Below are positions 1-9,979 of a DNA stretch of 64,000 bases, in pieces. How positions within the stretch are numbered: the stretch's first letter is position 1; every line of letters starts with the position of its first letter. Source of the stretch: Candidatus Kapaibacterium sp. (GTDB taxonomy: Bacteria; Bacteroidota; Ignavibacteria; Kapaibacteriales; UBA2268); NCBI GenBank assembly GCA_963664875.1, contig OY761611.1:96001-160000 (forward strand), given 5' to 3'. The translations under genes and the position numbers were made by a program. The notes beneath the pieces were generated by a model. The model ran no database searches. It was not told the origin of the DNA and saw only the letters and a program-made list of their open reading frames with translations.

Positions 1-1156
1 GTGCTGCTTCCATATTGGTACGCACAGCATTCTTTTCCTGATCAGACTCGACAGCTCTGCCTGAGTTTACATCGACTACAAACATAGCTTCTGTCTGTTC
101 AATCGCAATATCGCCGCCACTCGGAAGATTTACTTTTCTTCTATAAGTTTTAGCAAGCTCTTTTTCAATGCCGTAAGCATCAAAAATAGGTCTGGCACCG
201 GCATATAGTTCGAGCTTATATAATGATTTAGGAGATGACCATTTCAGATAATTGTATATTTCTTTATACAATTTTTTAGAATCTACTACTACTCTTTGCA
301 CTTGCGGAGTTAGCAAATCTCTGATAACACTCGCTGCAAGTTTCATATCTTTGTAAAGCAGACCCGGTTTTTTAGTTTTTTGAACCTTCTGCTCAATTTC
401 CTGCCATTTTATAAGCAAATCTTCCCAGTCTTTTTCGAGCTCGACTTCTGATTTACCTTTAGCAGCAGTTCTTATAATACAACCCGAACCTTTAGGCAAG
501 ACCTTCCTTGCAAGTTGTCGTAGTCTTCTTCTTTCCTGATAGGAATGGATTTTTTTGGAAACACCCAGAATATTATCGAAAGGAAGAAGCACAACATATC
601 TGCCCGGCAGGGCAATTTTTGTAGTAACCTTAACACCTTTGTGCCCATAAGCTTCACGCACTACCTGAACAATTACATCTTGTTTAGGTTCTAAATTGAT
701 TTGAACTGCTCCGGAGCGTTTAGTTACAAAAGTAGCTTTTCCGGCGGCACGAGTACCGGCAGAAAATTGCATTCGTCTTAGTGCTACTTGGGAATTATTG
801 TCTAAAGTGGCAGGATAAATGATTGGCCCTTTGCTTTCAGTTACAACTGGAGAAACCGTTTCAGTTTCATCTTGCTGAGCTATATCATCATCTTCATCGT
901 CGTCCTCTTCATACATATTATTTTCGAGCGAATCGTCCACGTCAGAGAAGTGAAGAAAAGCATCCTGTCTTAGACCAATGTCGATAAACGCCGCATTGAT
1001 ACCTTGCATGACCTTACTGACTTTGCCAAGATAGACGTTGCCGATATATCTTTCTTTTTCGGGGAATTCTATAAAAAACTCAGCGAGCTGCCCATCTTCA
1101 GTAATAGCGACTCTGACTTCGTTTATAGTACTATTTATAATTATCTCTTTTCTCAT
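1..1156 (-). CDS. rng: Rne/Rng family ribonuclease (RNase E/G), 5' part; runs off the window start
   Basis: Not in the ORF track. Manual translation from ATG at 1156 gives MRKEIIINSTINEVRVAITEDGQLAEFFIE...IGNVYLGKVSKVMQGINAAFIDIG..DAFLHFSD, then KVNLPSGGDIAIEQTEAMFVVDVNSGR near base 60; all are RNase E/G motifs. Confidence 0.93.
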   Translation of the reverse strand, partial: MRKEIIINSTINEVRVAITEDGQLAEFFIEFPEKERYIGNVYLGKVSKVMQGINAAFIDIGLRQDAFLHFSDVDDSLENNMYEEDDDEDDDIAQQDETETVSPVVTESKGPIIYPATLDNNSQVALRRMQFSAGTRAAGKATFVTKRSGAVQINLEPKQDVIVQVVREAYGHKGVKVTTKIALPGRYVVLLPFDNILGVSKKIHSYQERRRLRQLARKVLPKGSGCIIRTAAKGKSEVELEKDWEDLLIKWQEIEQKVQKTKKPGLLYKDMKLAASVIRDLLTPQVQRVVVDSKKLYKEIYNYLKWSSPKSLYKLELYAGARPIFDAYGIEKELAKTYRRKVNLPSGGDIAIEQTEAMFVVDVNSGRAVESDQEKNAVRTNMEAA

Positions 1157-1249
1157 ACCGAAATATCTAATATGCCTTAATACATAATTTCAAAGATACC
1201 AAATTAAAGTGATAATAAATAGTAAAAGGGGGGAATAGATATAAAAAAA

Positions 1250-1344
1250 GGCCAAGCTTACTTTGTGCCTTAAGACGAAACTTACCGTTGCTTCCTTCCG
1301 GACCTGGCGGGGTTGGGTTTGACTTAACCACAAAGGGCTTGACC
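1250..1344 (-). ncRNA. ffs: Signal recognition particle RNA (4.5S, small bacterial SRP)
   Basis: Reverse complement contains the helix-8 motif GCCAGGTCCGGAAGGAAGCAACGG. The ends pair (GGTCAAGC...GCTTGGCC) and a T-run follows. Confidence 0.93.
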
Positions 1345-1621
1345 AAAAATTTAGAATACAAATATAGGGAGTATTTGCAAGTAAAGCAAGTAAAAGTTTT
1401 TCTTTCTGTTAAAAACACCAATAGCTTTCTTAACAGAATTATTGTATGTCATTACGTCACAAAGTATAAGCGAAATGATATTTAGTTTGAAAAAATTAAA
1501 AATGACAACACTAATCTCTATTTTTTCGTGTATTATTATCATTTCTCACAAAAAAATGATAAATTGGAATCGTGTAATTATACGTCTATGACAGATAAAT
1601 GGACATCCAAAGGAAGAGACA

Positions 1622-2224
1622 ATGTTTATTACGTTTGAAGGTATAGATGGGTGCGGCAAAACCACTCAACTTAAAAAACTTGCTGATTACCTGACCAAAA
1701 CAGGAAAAAAAGTAATGACAATTCGAGAGCCGGGAGGCAATAAATTTTCTGAATCCATCAGAGAACTTTTGCTCGATAAGTCAAATAATTTATCTCCTGT
1801 TACAGAACTTCTTCTTTTTGAAGCGGCAAGGTCTCATCTTGTTGAAACTGTAATCAAGCCTGCTATTTCGGATGGAGTTATAGTTTTATCTGACAGATTT
1901 TATGATTCAACTACTGCTTATCAGGGGTTTGGAAGAGGCCTTGATATGGACGACGTTATTCAATGCAATGCTATAGCTACAGGTGCTTTGAAGCCCGATA
2001 TAACTTTTTATTTAGATGTCCCGCTTGAAGTTGCTGCCCAACGTTCCGGCAACCGAGAAAAAGATAGGATAGAATTAGCAGGGAATTCATTTTTCGAAAG
2101 AGTGAGGCTGGGTTTTCGCGAGTTGGCTAAAATGGAATCACATAGGATTATTCAAATAGACGCTACCCAAGCTGCTGAAGAGACTTTTGCGATAATACTT
2201 TCACACTTAGAAGGTAGATTGTGA
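1622..2224 (+). CDS. tmk: Thymidylate kinase
   Basis: MFITFEGIDGCGKTTQ P-loop, REPGG, SDRFYDSTTAYQG motifs. Confidence 0.96.
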   Translation: MFITFEGIDGCGKTTQLKKLADYLTKTGKKVMTIREPGGNKFSESIRELLLDKSNNLSPVTELLLFEAARSHLVETVIKPAISDGVIVLSDRFYDSTTAYQGFGRGLDMDDVIQCNAIATGALKPDITFYLDVPLEVAAQRSGNREKDRIELAGNSFFERVRLGFRELAKMESHRIIQIDATQAAEETFAIILSHLEGRL

Positions 2225-2259
2225 AATTGTCTTAGTCATGAGCCTTAAAGAGCAATGTC

Positions 2260-2850
2260 TTATAATCTCGATACAGAGCTGTTTCCTTTAAGATAGAAAC
2301 GTAAAGGCAATTCTTTTGAAAGATTGATGCCTATCCTCGTTGTAGTTACTATGTCATTATCTCTAATATCAATTCCGTCTGTTATCAGAAACTCCGAATT
2401 ACCTAATTGTTTATAATTGTCTTGTTTATTTATTGAAAAGGCTTGAGCTATTTTGCCGGGGCCGTTACATAGTTGTGATATGATTTTTGTCTTTCGTCTC
2501 TCTTTCATTGTTTCAATTCCTGATATTGGCTCTATACCTCTTAATAGTACAGCAGAACCTTCGCCCGAAGAACCTGACACAATATTTATACAGTGGTGGA
2601 TTCCATATATCTGATAAACATAAATAATTCCCCCTGCTTCAAACATTGGAGCATTCCTTTTGGTTTTGCCTCTATGAGCATGGTTTGCTAAGTCTCCATC
2701 GGGGATATAAGCTTCGGTTTCTACGATAATACCGCTAAGTGTTTGACCATTAGACTCGTTTTTGATAAAGATTTTACCTATGAGGTCTTTGGCTAATTTT
2801 AGTGTGTCCGCCTCAAAATATTCTTTTGGAAGAAAACTTTGCTTTGTCAT
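2260..2850 (-). CDS. mpg: DNA-3-methyladenine glycosylase (AAG/MPG family)
   Basis: IVETEAY, YVYQIYGIHHCINIV, AVLLRGIEP, NGPGK, TRIGI motifs. Start placed at ATG 2850 (MTKQSF). Confidence 0.93.
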   Translation of the reverse strand: MTKQSFLPKEYFEADTLKLAKDLIGKIFIKNESNGQTLSGIIVETEAYIPDGDLANHAHRGKTKRNAPMFEAGGIIYVYQIYGIHHCINIVSGSSGEGSAVLLRGIEPISGIETMKERRKTKIISQLCNGPGKIAQAFSINKQDNYKQLGNSEFLITDGIDIRDNDIVTTTRIGINLSKELPLRFYLKGNSSVSRL

Positions 2851-3045
2851 TTTAAACCCAATGTAGTAAAAAATAAAAATACCAAAAAAAAGATAGAAAA
2901 TATTAATCGACATCTAAAGTTTTCAAATAAATTCTAAATTTTACTATATTTATACTGAAATAGAAGTGCTAAACAAAATCCGGTGCTTTTACTAAATACA
3001 GTTTTGCAAAAAATATTTTTGAATTTCAAATAGAAAGTAGATATC

Positions 3046-4098
3046 ATGAATAATATAGAAAAAAGACAATTTCACATAGGAAAACATCAGTTTAATAATC
3101 CCCTTATGCTTGCTCCTATGGAGGGAGTCTCTGATTTACCTTTTAGAATTATGTGCAAAAGGTTAGGGGCTGATCTCGTTTTTACTGAGTTTATTGCATC
3201 AGATGCACTAATCAGAGATTCTATGAAGTCAAAGCAAAAAATGGATATAGTAGATGAAGAGAGACCTGTGGCTGTTCAAATTTTTGGTCAGCACAAAGAA
3301 GCAATGGTTCATTCAGCCAAAATGATTGAAGATTCGGGGGCTGAGATTGTTGATATCAATTATGGCTGCTGGGTCAAAAAAGTAGTAAATAATAACAGCG
3401 GTGCTGCATATCTGAAAGATCCTGAGCGGATGGCAGATATGACAAACGCTGTAGCAAACGCAGTTTCAATTCCGGTTACTATCAAAACACGCATAGGTTG
3501 GGACCACAGTTCCATAGTAATAGAAAAAGTAGCAAAGATGCAGGAAGAGGCAGGTGCAAAACAGATTTCTCTGCATTGCAGAACAAGAGATATGGGAATG
3601 ACCGGCAAAGCTGACTGGTCATGGATTGATGTAGTCAAACCGCATATTTCTATTCCCCTCATACTAAATGGGGATATTAAAACGCCCCAAGATGTTCTTT
3701 CTGCTTTTCAGACCACCAAAGCTGATGGTATGATGATAGGCAGAGCTGCAGTTGGCTATCCTTTCCTTTTCAGAAGAGCTAAAGTGCTTTTAGAAACAGG
3801 AACAGACCCGGGAGAGCCAACAGTAGAAGAAATGTTCGATGCATGTATTCAGCACTTGGATTTGAATATAAAATACAAAGGCGAATCAAGAGGTTTTATC
3901 GAGTTCAGGAAGCATTACTCGGGGTATTTGCGAGGCTTGTTTGGTGCTTCTTCCATAAGACAAAAACTTGTTTTAGCCCAATCCTACGATGAAGTGCGTC
4001 AGATATTAGATGAGTACATAGAATATTTAGATAAGGAAGACCGTCTTATTCCTTTTGAACATAAAGACGCACCAAAAGTAACTTGCAGAAATATATAA
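3046..4098 (+). CDS. dusB: tRNA-dihydrouridine synthase DusB
   Basis: LAPMEGVSD, VDINYGC, KTRIGWD, HCRT, NGDI, MIGRAA motifs. Confidence 0.92.
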   Translation: MNNIEKRQFHIGKHQFNNPLMLAPMEGVSDLPFRIMCKRLGADLVFTEFIASDALIRDSMKSKQKMDIVDEERPVAVQIFGQHKEAMVHSAKMIEDSGAEIVDINYGCWVKKVVNNNSGAAYLKDPERMADMTNAVANAVSIPVTIKTRIGWDHSSIVIEKVAKMQEEAGAKQISLHCRTRDMGMTGKADWSWIDVVKPHISIPLILNGDIKTPQDVLSAFQTTKADGMMIGRAAVGYPFLFRRAKVLLETGTDPGEPTVEEMFDACIQHLDLNIKYKGESRGFIEFRKHYSGYLRGLFGASSIRQKLVLAQSYDEVRQILDEYIEYLDKEDRLIPFEHKDAPKVTCRNI

Positions 4099-5276
4099 TG
4101 TTTAGATTTTATATCATATTGTTTGCCTTGTTGGCTGCATGTTCGCAACATAAAGATGAACCTGCAGAGTTAGAGTATTTGACTGTGCGGATAGAAAAAG
4201 AATTGGACAATCTGCACCACCAACTCAAAAACCATATAGAAGATTACAATTTCGATAAAGACAGTTCCTCTGTTATTAGGCTGCTTTATGATATTTATGG
4301 TTCAAACAAAAACATCAGAGCAGCAAGTTATGTGAATGAAAAAGGTATTTTATTGTATAGTGTGCCTGAGATGAGTGATGTATCCGGCATAAATATCTCA
4401 CATCAGGCACATGTAGATTACGTGTTGAAAAAGCATAAACCTGTCTTAGGCAAACAGTTTCGAGCAGTTCAGGGGTTTAATGCAGTAACTATGACAGAAC
4501 CTTTGATTGTAGAGGACACTCTGCATTCGTTTTATTCGATGTTACTCTCACCACAGTACTTATTTTCGGATATAGTCGATGACTATCCATACCTTGATTC
4601 CTGTGACGTTTGGGTGATGCAAAAAGACGGAACTATCCTTTACGATGAAGATATAGAAGAGATTGGGAAAAATATCTTCAAAGATGAATATTATTGCAAG
4701 CTACCAGGCTTTGCTCATATTATAGATACAATTACTCAAACCCCGCATGGAGTTATCAGTTATAAAGCAGGCGGAAAACATACCCAAAAGCTTGCCTGGC
4801 AATCAGTCCGGTACTTAACAGCAGATTGGATTATTGTTATAGAATATCCTGAAAAAGACCGTGTCTTTAAAAGGAAACCTCAGATGATAGGTCTCAAAAA
4901 CTCACAGGATGCACTGATTGAGCTATCAGAAAACCAACTTTTTCTGGATTTTATAGAAGCGAATGACGAAAGAAGTGTTGAAGAAATGATGAAGTTGTTT
5001 TTTGACGACTTCCCCGGATTATTTGCTATTCAATGGATTGACAACGAGGGTTACAATAAGGTAGGTTTCCCTTTGCACAATCTAAATTATCTTGGTCATA
5101 AGCTTTGGACCAAATGCAAAAGCCCAAACATACTTCAAGCATTAAAAGATAAAAACATAAGCAGATTTGAAGAGTATATTTCGAATGATTATCAAGCCTC
5201 TTTCTATTCTGTACCTTTGTATAATAATTCGAAATACTTAGGTATGGTTTACTTCGCTGAGTTAAACATCAAATAG
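4098..5276 (+). CDS. Cache-domain lipoprotein with no signalling output domain
   Basis: Lipobox LLAAC after a hydrophobic leader. Cache-like segments (YVNEKGILLY, VWVMQKDGTILYD, WIIVIEYP, IQWIDNEG). TAATG coupling to dusB. Confidence 0.65.
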   Translation: MFRFYIILFALLAACSQHKDEPAELEYLTVRIEKELDNLHHQLKNHIEDYNFDKDSSSVIRLLYDIYGSNKNIRAASYVNEKGILLYSVPEMSDVSGINISHQAHVDYVLKKHKPVLGKQFRAVQGFNAVTMTEPLIVEDTLHSFYSMLLSPQYLFSDIVDDYPYLDSCDVWVMQKDGTILYDEDIEEIGKNIFKDEYYCKLPGFAHIIDTITQTPHGVISYKAGGKHTQKLAWQSVRYLTADWIIVIEYPEKDRVFKRKPQMIGLKNSQDALIELSENQLFLDFIEANDERSVEEMMKLFFDDFPGLFAIQWIDNEGYNKVGFPLHNLNYLGHKLWTKCKSPNILQALKDKNISRFEEYISNDYQASFYSVPLYNNSKYLGMVYFAELNIK

Positions 5277-7788
5277 AAGAATATGAGTCAATATCTACTT
5301 TAATTGTAAAATCGCCTTTGTTTTTTTCCTTTTCAAATATTGAGTCTGCGGCAGTAAGGTAGTGCATCAGATACTTTCCTGATGGGTCGTATTCCTTATT
5401 ACTTTTGATTACAGTGATATATCGGTATTTATTCCTGATACGGAAAAGTTGTGCTTCGTTTGGTCCGAGAACTTCGAAATACTTAGTGTTTCTTGGCAAA
5501 AGTGAAGAGTATTTTTTTGCAAGCTCGAACACTTTTCCGGCTTCTGTGCCGCTAAACTCAATCGTAATAAATCTATGAAAAGGTGGATAGCAGGCATCTT
5601 TTCGTTTTTGGATTTCTTCCTGATAAAATTCGAGATATTTGCCGTTAGCTGTGATTTTTATAGCCGGGTAATTCGGATGAGTACTCTGGATTATAACTTT
5701 GCCCCTTATTTTCCCTCCTCTGCCGGCTCTGCCTGCAACCTGCGTGAGCAATTGGTATGTCCTTTCAGAGCTGCGAAAATCCGGAATTAGCAGTTGGCTG
5801 TCAGCATTGACTATTCCCACAAGCGAAACTCTATCGAAATCGAGACCTTTGGCTACCATTTGCGTGCCAATCAGAATGTCAGTTTTACCGGAAGAAAAAT
5901 CTGTGAGCATTTTCCTATGTGCCCCTTTTTTTGAGGTAGTATCGAGATCCATTCGTGCAATTTTTGCCTCAATACCCTTCTCTTTTAATAGGGTATAAAG
6001 CTCTTCTTCAATTTTTTGAGTGCCGCTTCCTATTTCTTCTATTTTTTTTGAACCACATACTTCGCAGGAACTCGGGACGTAAATAGTATGACCGCAATAG
6101 TGGCATCGAAGTTGGTTCTTGGGCTTATGAAATGTAAGTGGAAGATCACAATTTTTACAGTAAGGCACATGACCACAATCAAAACATTCGAGCATATTGC
6201 TGTAGCCACGTCTGTTTTGAAATAAAATAATTCCTTCTTTGTTTTTTAATCTCGATTCGATTTCATTAAGTAGATATTCCGAAAAAACTCCGTTGACTTT
6301 TTTGTTTTGTCTCGCACTAATCATATCGACAATATCTATAAAGGGCAGTTTAGCACCGTCTGCTCTGTTTTTTATCTCCAAAAGTGTGTATTTACCTGAT
6401 TTAGCATTGTAATAGCTTTCTAATGAGGGAGTCGCAGAGCCAAGTACAAGCACTGCATCATCTATTCGGGCTCTGACCACAGCAAGATCTCTTGCGTTAT
6501 AGCGTGGATTTTTGGAGTCTTGTTTATAAGTGTTTTCATGTTCTTCGTCAACAATAATGAGCCCAAGGTTGTTAATAGGTGCAAAAATTGCAGATCGGAC
6601 ACCCAGTACAATTTTGACTTCGTCCCGCAAAATCTTCCGCCATGTGTCATAGCGTTCCCCACCGGAGAGACCGGAATGAGTAACAGCAATATTATCTCCA
6701 AAAACCAATTTGAATCTATCAATTAGCTGCGGAGTAAGAGAAATCTCAGGGACAAGGATAAGTACTTTGCGATTTATCCTGAGGGCTTCTTGTATTGCCT
6801 GTATATATATTAAAGTTTTTCCGCTACCGGTTACGCCATGCAGAAGAAAAGGATGAAAAGCAGCAGTAGTTATTGCTCGAGCAATAACTTGGCAAACTTC
6901 AGATTGCTCAGTGGTGAGTCTAAGCTTGCTTTCATCTCTTTTCGCAAGAGATTCAGTTTCTTCTTTGTTTGCGTTCCTATCAATAGTTCCCTGTTGTCGC
7001 TCGATCAATTCTTTTTTCAACAGTGCCTGAACATGCGAATGATTACATTCCGTTGCTGCAAGTGCACTCGACTGTAGAGGACCGATTCCATTTATTGTAT
7101 GATCCCAAACATATTTCAAAAGTTTAGCCTGCTTTTGGGATTTGATTTGCAAAGAGAGATACGAAGCCGAGAAATCGTTGGCTGTTTTAAGTCTTTTACT
7201 GTGAGGTAGAAGAATTAAAGCTGTTTTGGAGGTAGTTTCCTTAGATCTAACCGGCTCACATTCAATTATTTCATCGTTGATCAAAGCGTCAAGGATTGTG
7301 CTGACTGAAGCACTACCGATTCTTTTTGCTAATCTTGCAGGTGTAGTTTCTTTTCCTTCGAGCGACTTAATAATGCTAATAAGATCTGCTTTTTTGGAAT
7401 ATTTTTTATGCAGTAGCAACATTGTCTCAGTGCTTATATGTTTTTTGAGAGTAATGCGAATCATACTTTCAGGTAGAATGCCTTGTGGTAGCGCTGTCTT
7501 GAGTACTTCACCGAGTGAAGATTTGTAGTAGTCAGCAGTCCATTTGCAAAATTTTAACATATTAGCATTAAATATCGGCTTTTCGTCCAATACTTCTTCT
7601 ACAGTTTTAACGGTAAAGTCAGGTTTGTCTTCCCTTTTTTCGATAACAAATCCGGTAATAGTTTTTCTTCCAAATGAAACAAAAGCTCTTCTACCGATGT
7701 AAGACTCGGCAGAGTCATCATGTTCTATAGCATAAGTATAGAGTTTATTTCCAGGAATCGGAAGAGCTATATTGAATAAAGTAGTCAA
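5269..7788 (-). CDS. priA: Primosomal protein N' (replication restart helicase)
   Basis: LLHGVTGSGKT, LVPEISLTPQ, DEEH, SATPS, four CxxC pairs, QVAGRAGR. Start is uncertain (TTG at 7788 assumed; the ORF extends to 7863). Confidence 0.95.
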   Translation of the reverse strand: MTTLFNIALPIPGNKLYTYAIEHDDSAESYIGRRAFVSFGRKTITGFVIEKREDKPDFTVKTVEEVLDEKPIFNANMLKFCKWTADYYKSSLGEVLKTALPQGILPESMIRITLKKHISTETMLLLHKKYSKKADLISIIKSLEGKETTPARLAKRIGSASVSTILDALINDEIIECEPVRSKETTSKTALILLPHSKRLKTANDFSASYLSLQIKSQKQAKLLKYVWDHTINGIGPLQSSALAATECNHSHVQALLKKELIERQQGTIDRNANKEETESLAKRDESKLRLTTEQSEVCQVIARAITTAAFHPFLLHGVTGSGKTLIYIQAIQEALRINRKVLILVPEISLTPQLIDRFKLVFGDNIAVTHSGLSGGERYDTWRKILRDEVKIVLGVRSAIFAPINNLGLIIVDEEHENTYKQDSKNPRYNARDLAVVRARIDDAVLVLGSATPSLESYYNAKSGKYTLLEIKNRADGAKLPFIDIVDMISARQNKKVNGVFSEYLLNEIESRLKNKEGIILFQNRRGYSNMLECFDCGHVPYCKNCDLPLTFHKPKNQLRCHYCGHTIYVPSSCEVCGSKKIEEIGSGTQKIEEELYTLLKEKGIEAKIARMDLDTTSKKGAHRKMLTDFSSGKTDILIGTQMVAKGLDFDRVSLVGIVNADSQLLIPDFRSSERTYQLLTQVAGRAGRGGKIRGKVIIQSTHPNYPAIKITANGKYLEFYQEEIQKRKDACYPPFHRFITIEFSGTEAGKVFELAKKYSSLLPRNTKYFEVLGPNEAQLFRIRNKYRYITVIKSNKEYDPSGKYLMHYLTAADSIFEKEKNKGDFTIKVDIDSYSSI

Positions 7789-7942
7789 AACAGTTTTTTG
7801 TATCCGGTTTATTTGAGTTGAAAATAATCTACAAAGTACAAAAATACATATTAAAAGATGCAAGATAAAACAAATTTGACATTTGAATCGTATAGTCAGA
7901 TTATAAAAGATGATTTATAGAATAATAACGGAATGGAATAAG

Positions 7943-9148
7943 ATGAAAAGGTATTTTCTTGCACTTTTGATGAGTGTATTCACATTTACTGCTTGCAGTG
8001 CTGGTGACAGCAAAATAGAAACAAACGAATCAAATAGCTCTCTTCTTGCTGAAGCAAAAGTAGATCCGCTACAAGCCGAAAGGCTACAAGAAACAAACGC
8101 ACAAATTGCAAATTCGAGAAGCAACGCACTAACTGACGCTATTAAAAAATGCAGCCCGGCTATAGTTGGTATAAATGTAACAGAAGTAGTGCAGGTGCAA
8201 TATAGAAGATCGTTTCAAGAAGACATCTTCAGCTACTTTTTCGGAAGAAGGGCTACTCCTCGCACTAAGAAATATGAAGTTAAGGGATTGGGTTCCGGGT
8301 TTATTATATCTAAAGACGGCTACATACTCACAAATCACCATGTTGCCGGTAATGCTTCAAAAATAGTAGTTACAATGACAGACGGGTCAGAGCATCAAGC
8401 TAAAATTATTGGTTCAGATATGATTAGCGATGTAGCGTTATTGAAAATAGAAGGCGACAATTTCCCTTATTTGGAAATGGGCAATTCCGACGATTTGATG
8501 ATAGGCGAATGGGCAATTGCATTTGGCAATCCTTTTGGTCTTTTTGATATAAATTCAAAACCAACTGTAACGGTTGGTGTTATTTCTAATCAGGGTGTTA
8601 GTTTTTTGCATGAAGGCAGAAATGATACAAGAGTTTATAAAGATATGATACAGACAGATGCTGCCATCAGTTCCGGAAATTCAGGAGGTCCTTTGGTAAA
8701 TGCACTTGGTCAGGTTATTGGCATGAATACTATGATTTATTCTACTGCTCAGGATCAGAAAGGTGCAGGAAGCATAGGGATAGGATTTTCTATCCCAATT
8801 AACCGAGTGGCTAAAATTGTTGAGCAGTTTAAATCTGGAGTAGAGATAAGACGCAATTTCTATACAGGTATGGACGTTAAACGTGTTGATGAAATGCTTG
8901 CAAAACATCTCGGTATCGCAACAAACGACGGCGTAATAGTATATTCGATAAAAAGAGGCAGCCCTGCTTTAAAAGCAGGATTTGAACCCGGAGATGTAAT
9001 TCAAACCATAAACGACAGGCCAGTGCTTCGCGAAGAAGACTATTTTATCGAAATAGCAGATTCGCAAGTAGGAGACATCTTAAAATTTACTATCTTGCGA
9101 GATGATAAACCTATGCAAATAAGCTTAGAAATTGAAGAAGAAAAATAA
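7943..9148 (+). CDS. htrA: HtrA/DegP-family serine protease with one PDZ domain, lipoprotein
   Basis: [33 protein letters not shown]-terminal PDZ; lipobox FTAC. Confidence 0.9.
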   Translation: MKRYFLALLMSVFTFTACSAGDSKIETNESNSSLLAEAKVDPLQAERLQETNAQIANSRSNALTDAIKKCSPAIVGINVTEVVQVQYRRSFQEDIFSYFFGRRATPRTKKYEVKGLGSGFIISKDGYILTNHHVAGNASKIVVTMTDGSEHQAKIIGSDMISDVALLKIEGDNFPYLEMGNSDDLMIGEWAIAFGNPFGLFDINSKPTVTVGVISNQGVSFLHEGRNDTRVYKDMIQTDAAISSGNSGGPLVNALGQVIGMNTMIYSTAQDQKGAGSIGIGFSIPINRVAKIVEQFKSGVEIRRNFYTGMDVKRVDEMLAKHLGIATNDGVIVYSIKRGSPALKAGFEPGDVIQTINDRPVLREEDYFIEIADSQVGDILKFTILRDDKPMQISLEIEEEK

Positions 9149-9894
9149 TGATCGAAAATAATATTAGTGTTTTAAAAGCTGACGGACTTGTAAAAAGATA
9201 CAAAAAGCGTACTGTTGTGAAGGGAGTCAGCGTTGAAGTAAAACAAGGAGAGGTAGTAGGATTGCTGGGGCCAAACGGTGCCGGCAAAACTACTACTTTT
9301 TATATGATAACCGGAATGATAAAACCGAATAGTGGTAAAATTTATTTAGATAACAGCGAAATAACAGATAAAGCGATGTTTAAACGCTCGCGACTTGGGA
9401 TTTGTTATCTTCCACAAGAGGCTTCAATTTTTAGGAAGCTAAGTGTCGAAAAAAATATAATGGCTATTCTACAACTTCAAAAAATGACAGGTTCACAGCG
9501 AAAAGAAAAACTCGAGCAATTGTTAGAAAGTTTCCGTATTACACATATACGTAAAAGCAAAGGTTACATGCTGAGTGGAGGCGAGAGGAGAAGATGTGAA
9601 ATAGCAAGAACGCTTGCTGCAAATCCAAAATTTATTCTTTTAGATGAGCCTTTCGCCGGTATCGATCCTATCGCAGTTGAAGACATCATGCAAATTGTTC
9701 GCAATCTGAAAGATATGGGTATTGGTGTATTAATAACCGACCACAATGTTCATGAAACACTTTCGATTACCGATAAAGCCAATATACTTATAGACGGAAA
9801 TATGTACATTTCAGGTACAGCAGAAGAGATAGCTGCCAACGAAGAAGTAAAAAAAAGGTATCTCGGGGAAAATTTCAAATTAGAAAGATATTAG
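9148..9894 (+). CDS. lptB: LPS export ABC transporter ATPase
   Basis: [59 protein letters not shown]. Confidence 0.96.
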   Translation: MIENNISVLKADGLVKRYKKRTVVKGVSVEVKQGEVVGLLGPNGAGKTTTFYMITGMIKPNSGKIYLDNSEITDKAMFKRSRLGICYLPQEASIFRKLSVEKNIMAILQLQKMTGSQRKEKLEQLLESFRITHIRKSKGYMLSGGERRRCEIARTLAANPKFILLDEPFAGIDPIAVEDIMQIVRNLKDMGIGVLITDHNVHETLSITDKANILIDGNMYISGTAEEIAANEEVKKRYLGENFKLERY

Positions 9895-9979
9895 TGCCTA
9901 AATATTTGTTCTATTTAGCCGTAAATAAATAAGTATCATGCCTCGACTTTTATGTTAAAACAAAATACTATGGTAACTC

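Noticed and set aside
1167-1542. Small ORFs 1167-1421, 1288-1485 and 1351-1542
   Set aside because: They overlap the SRP RNA and its AT-rich promoter region and show no protein motifs.
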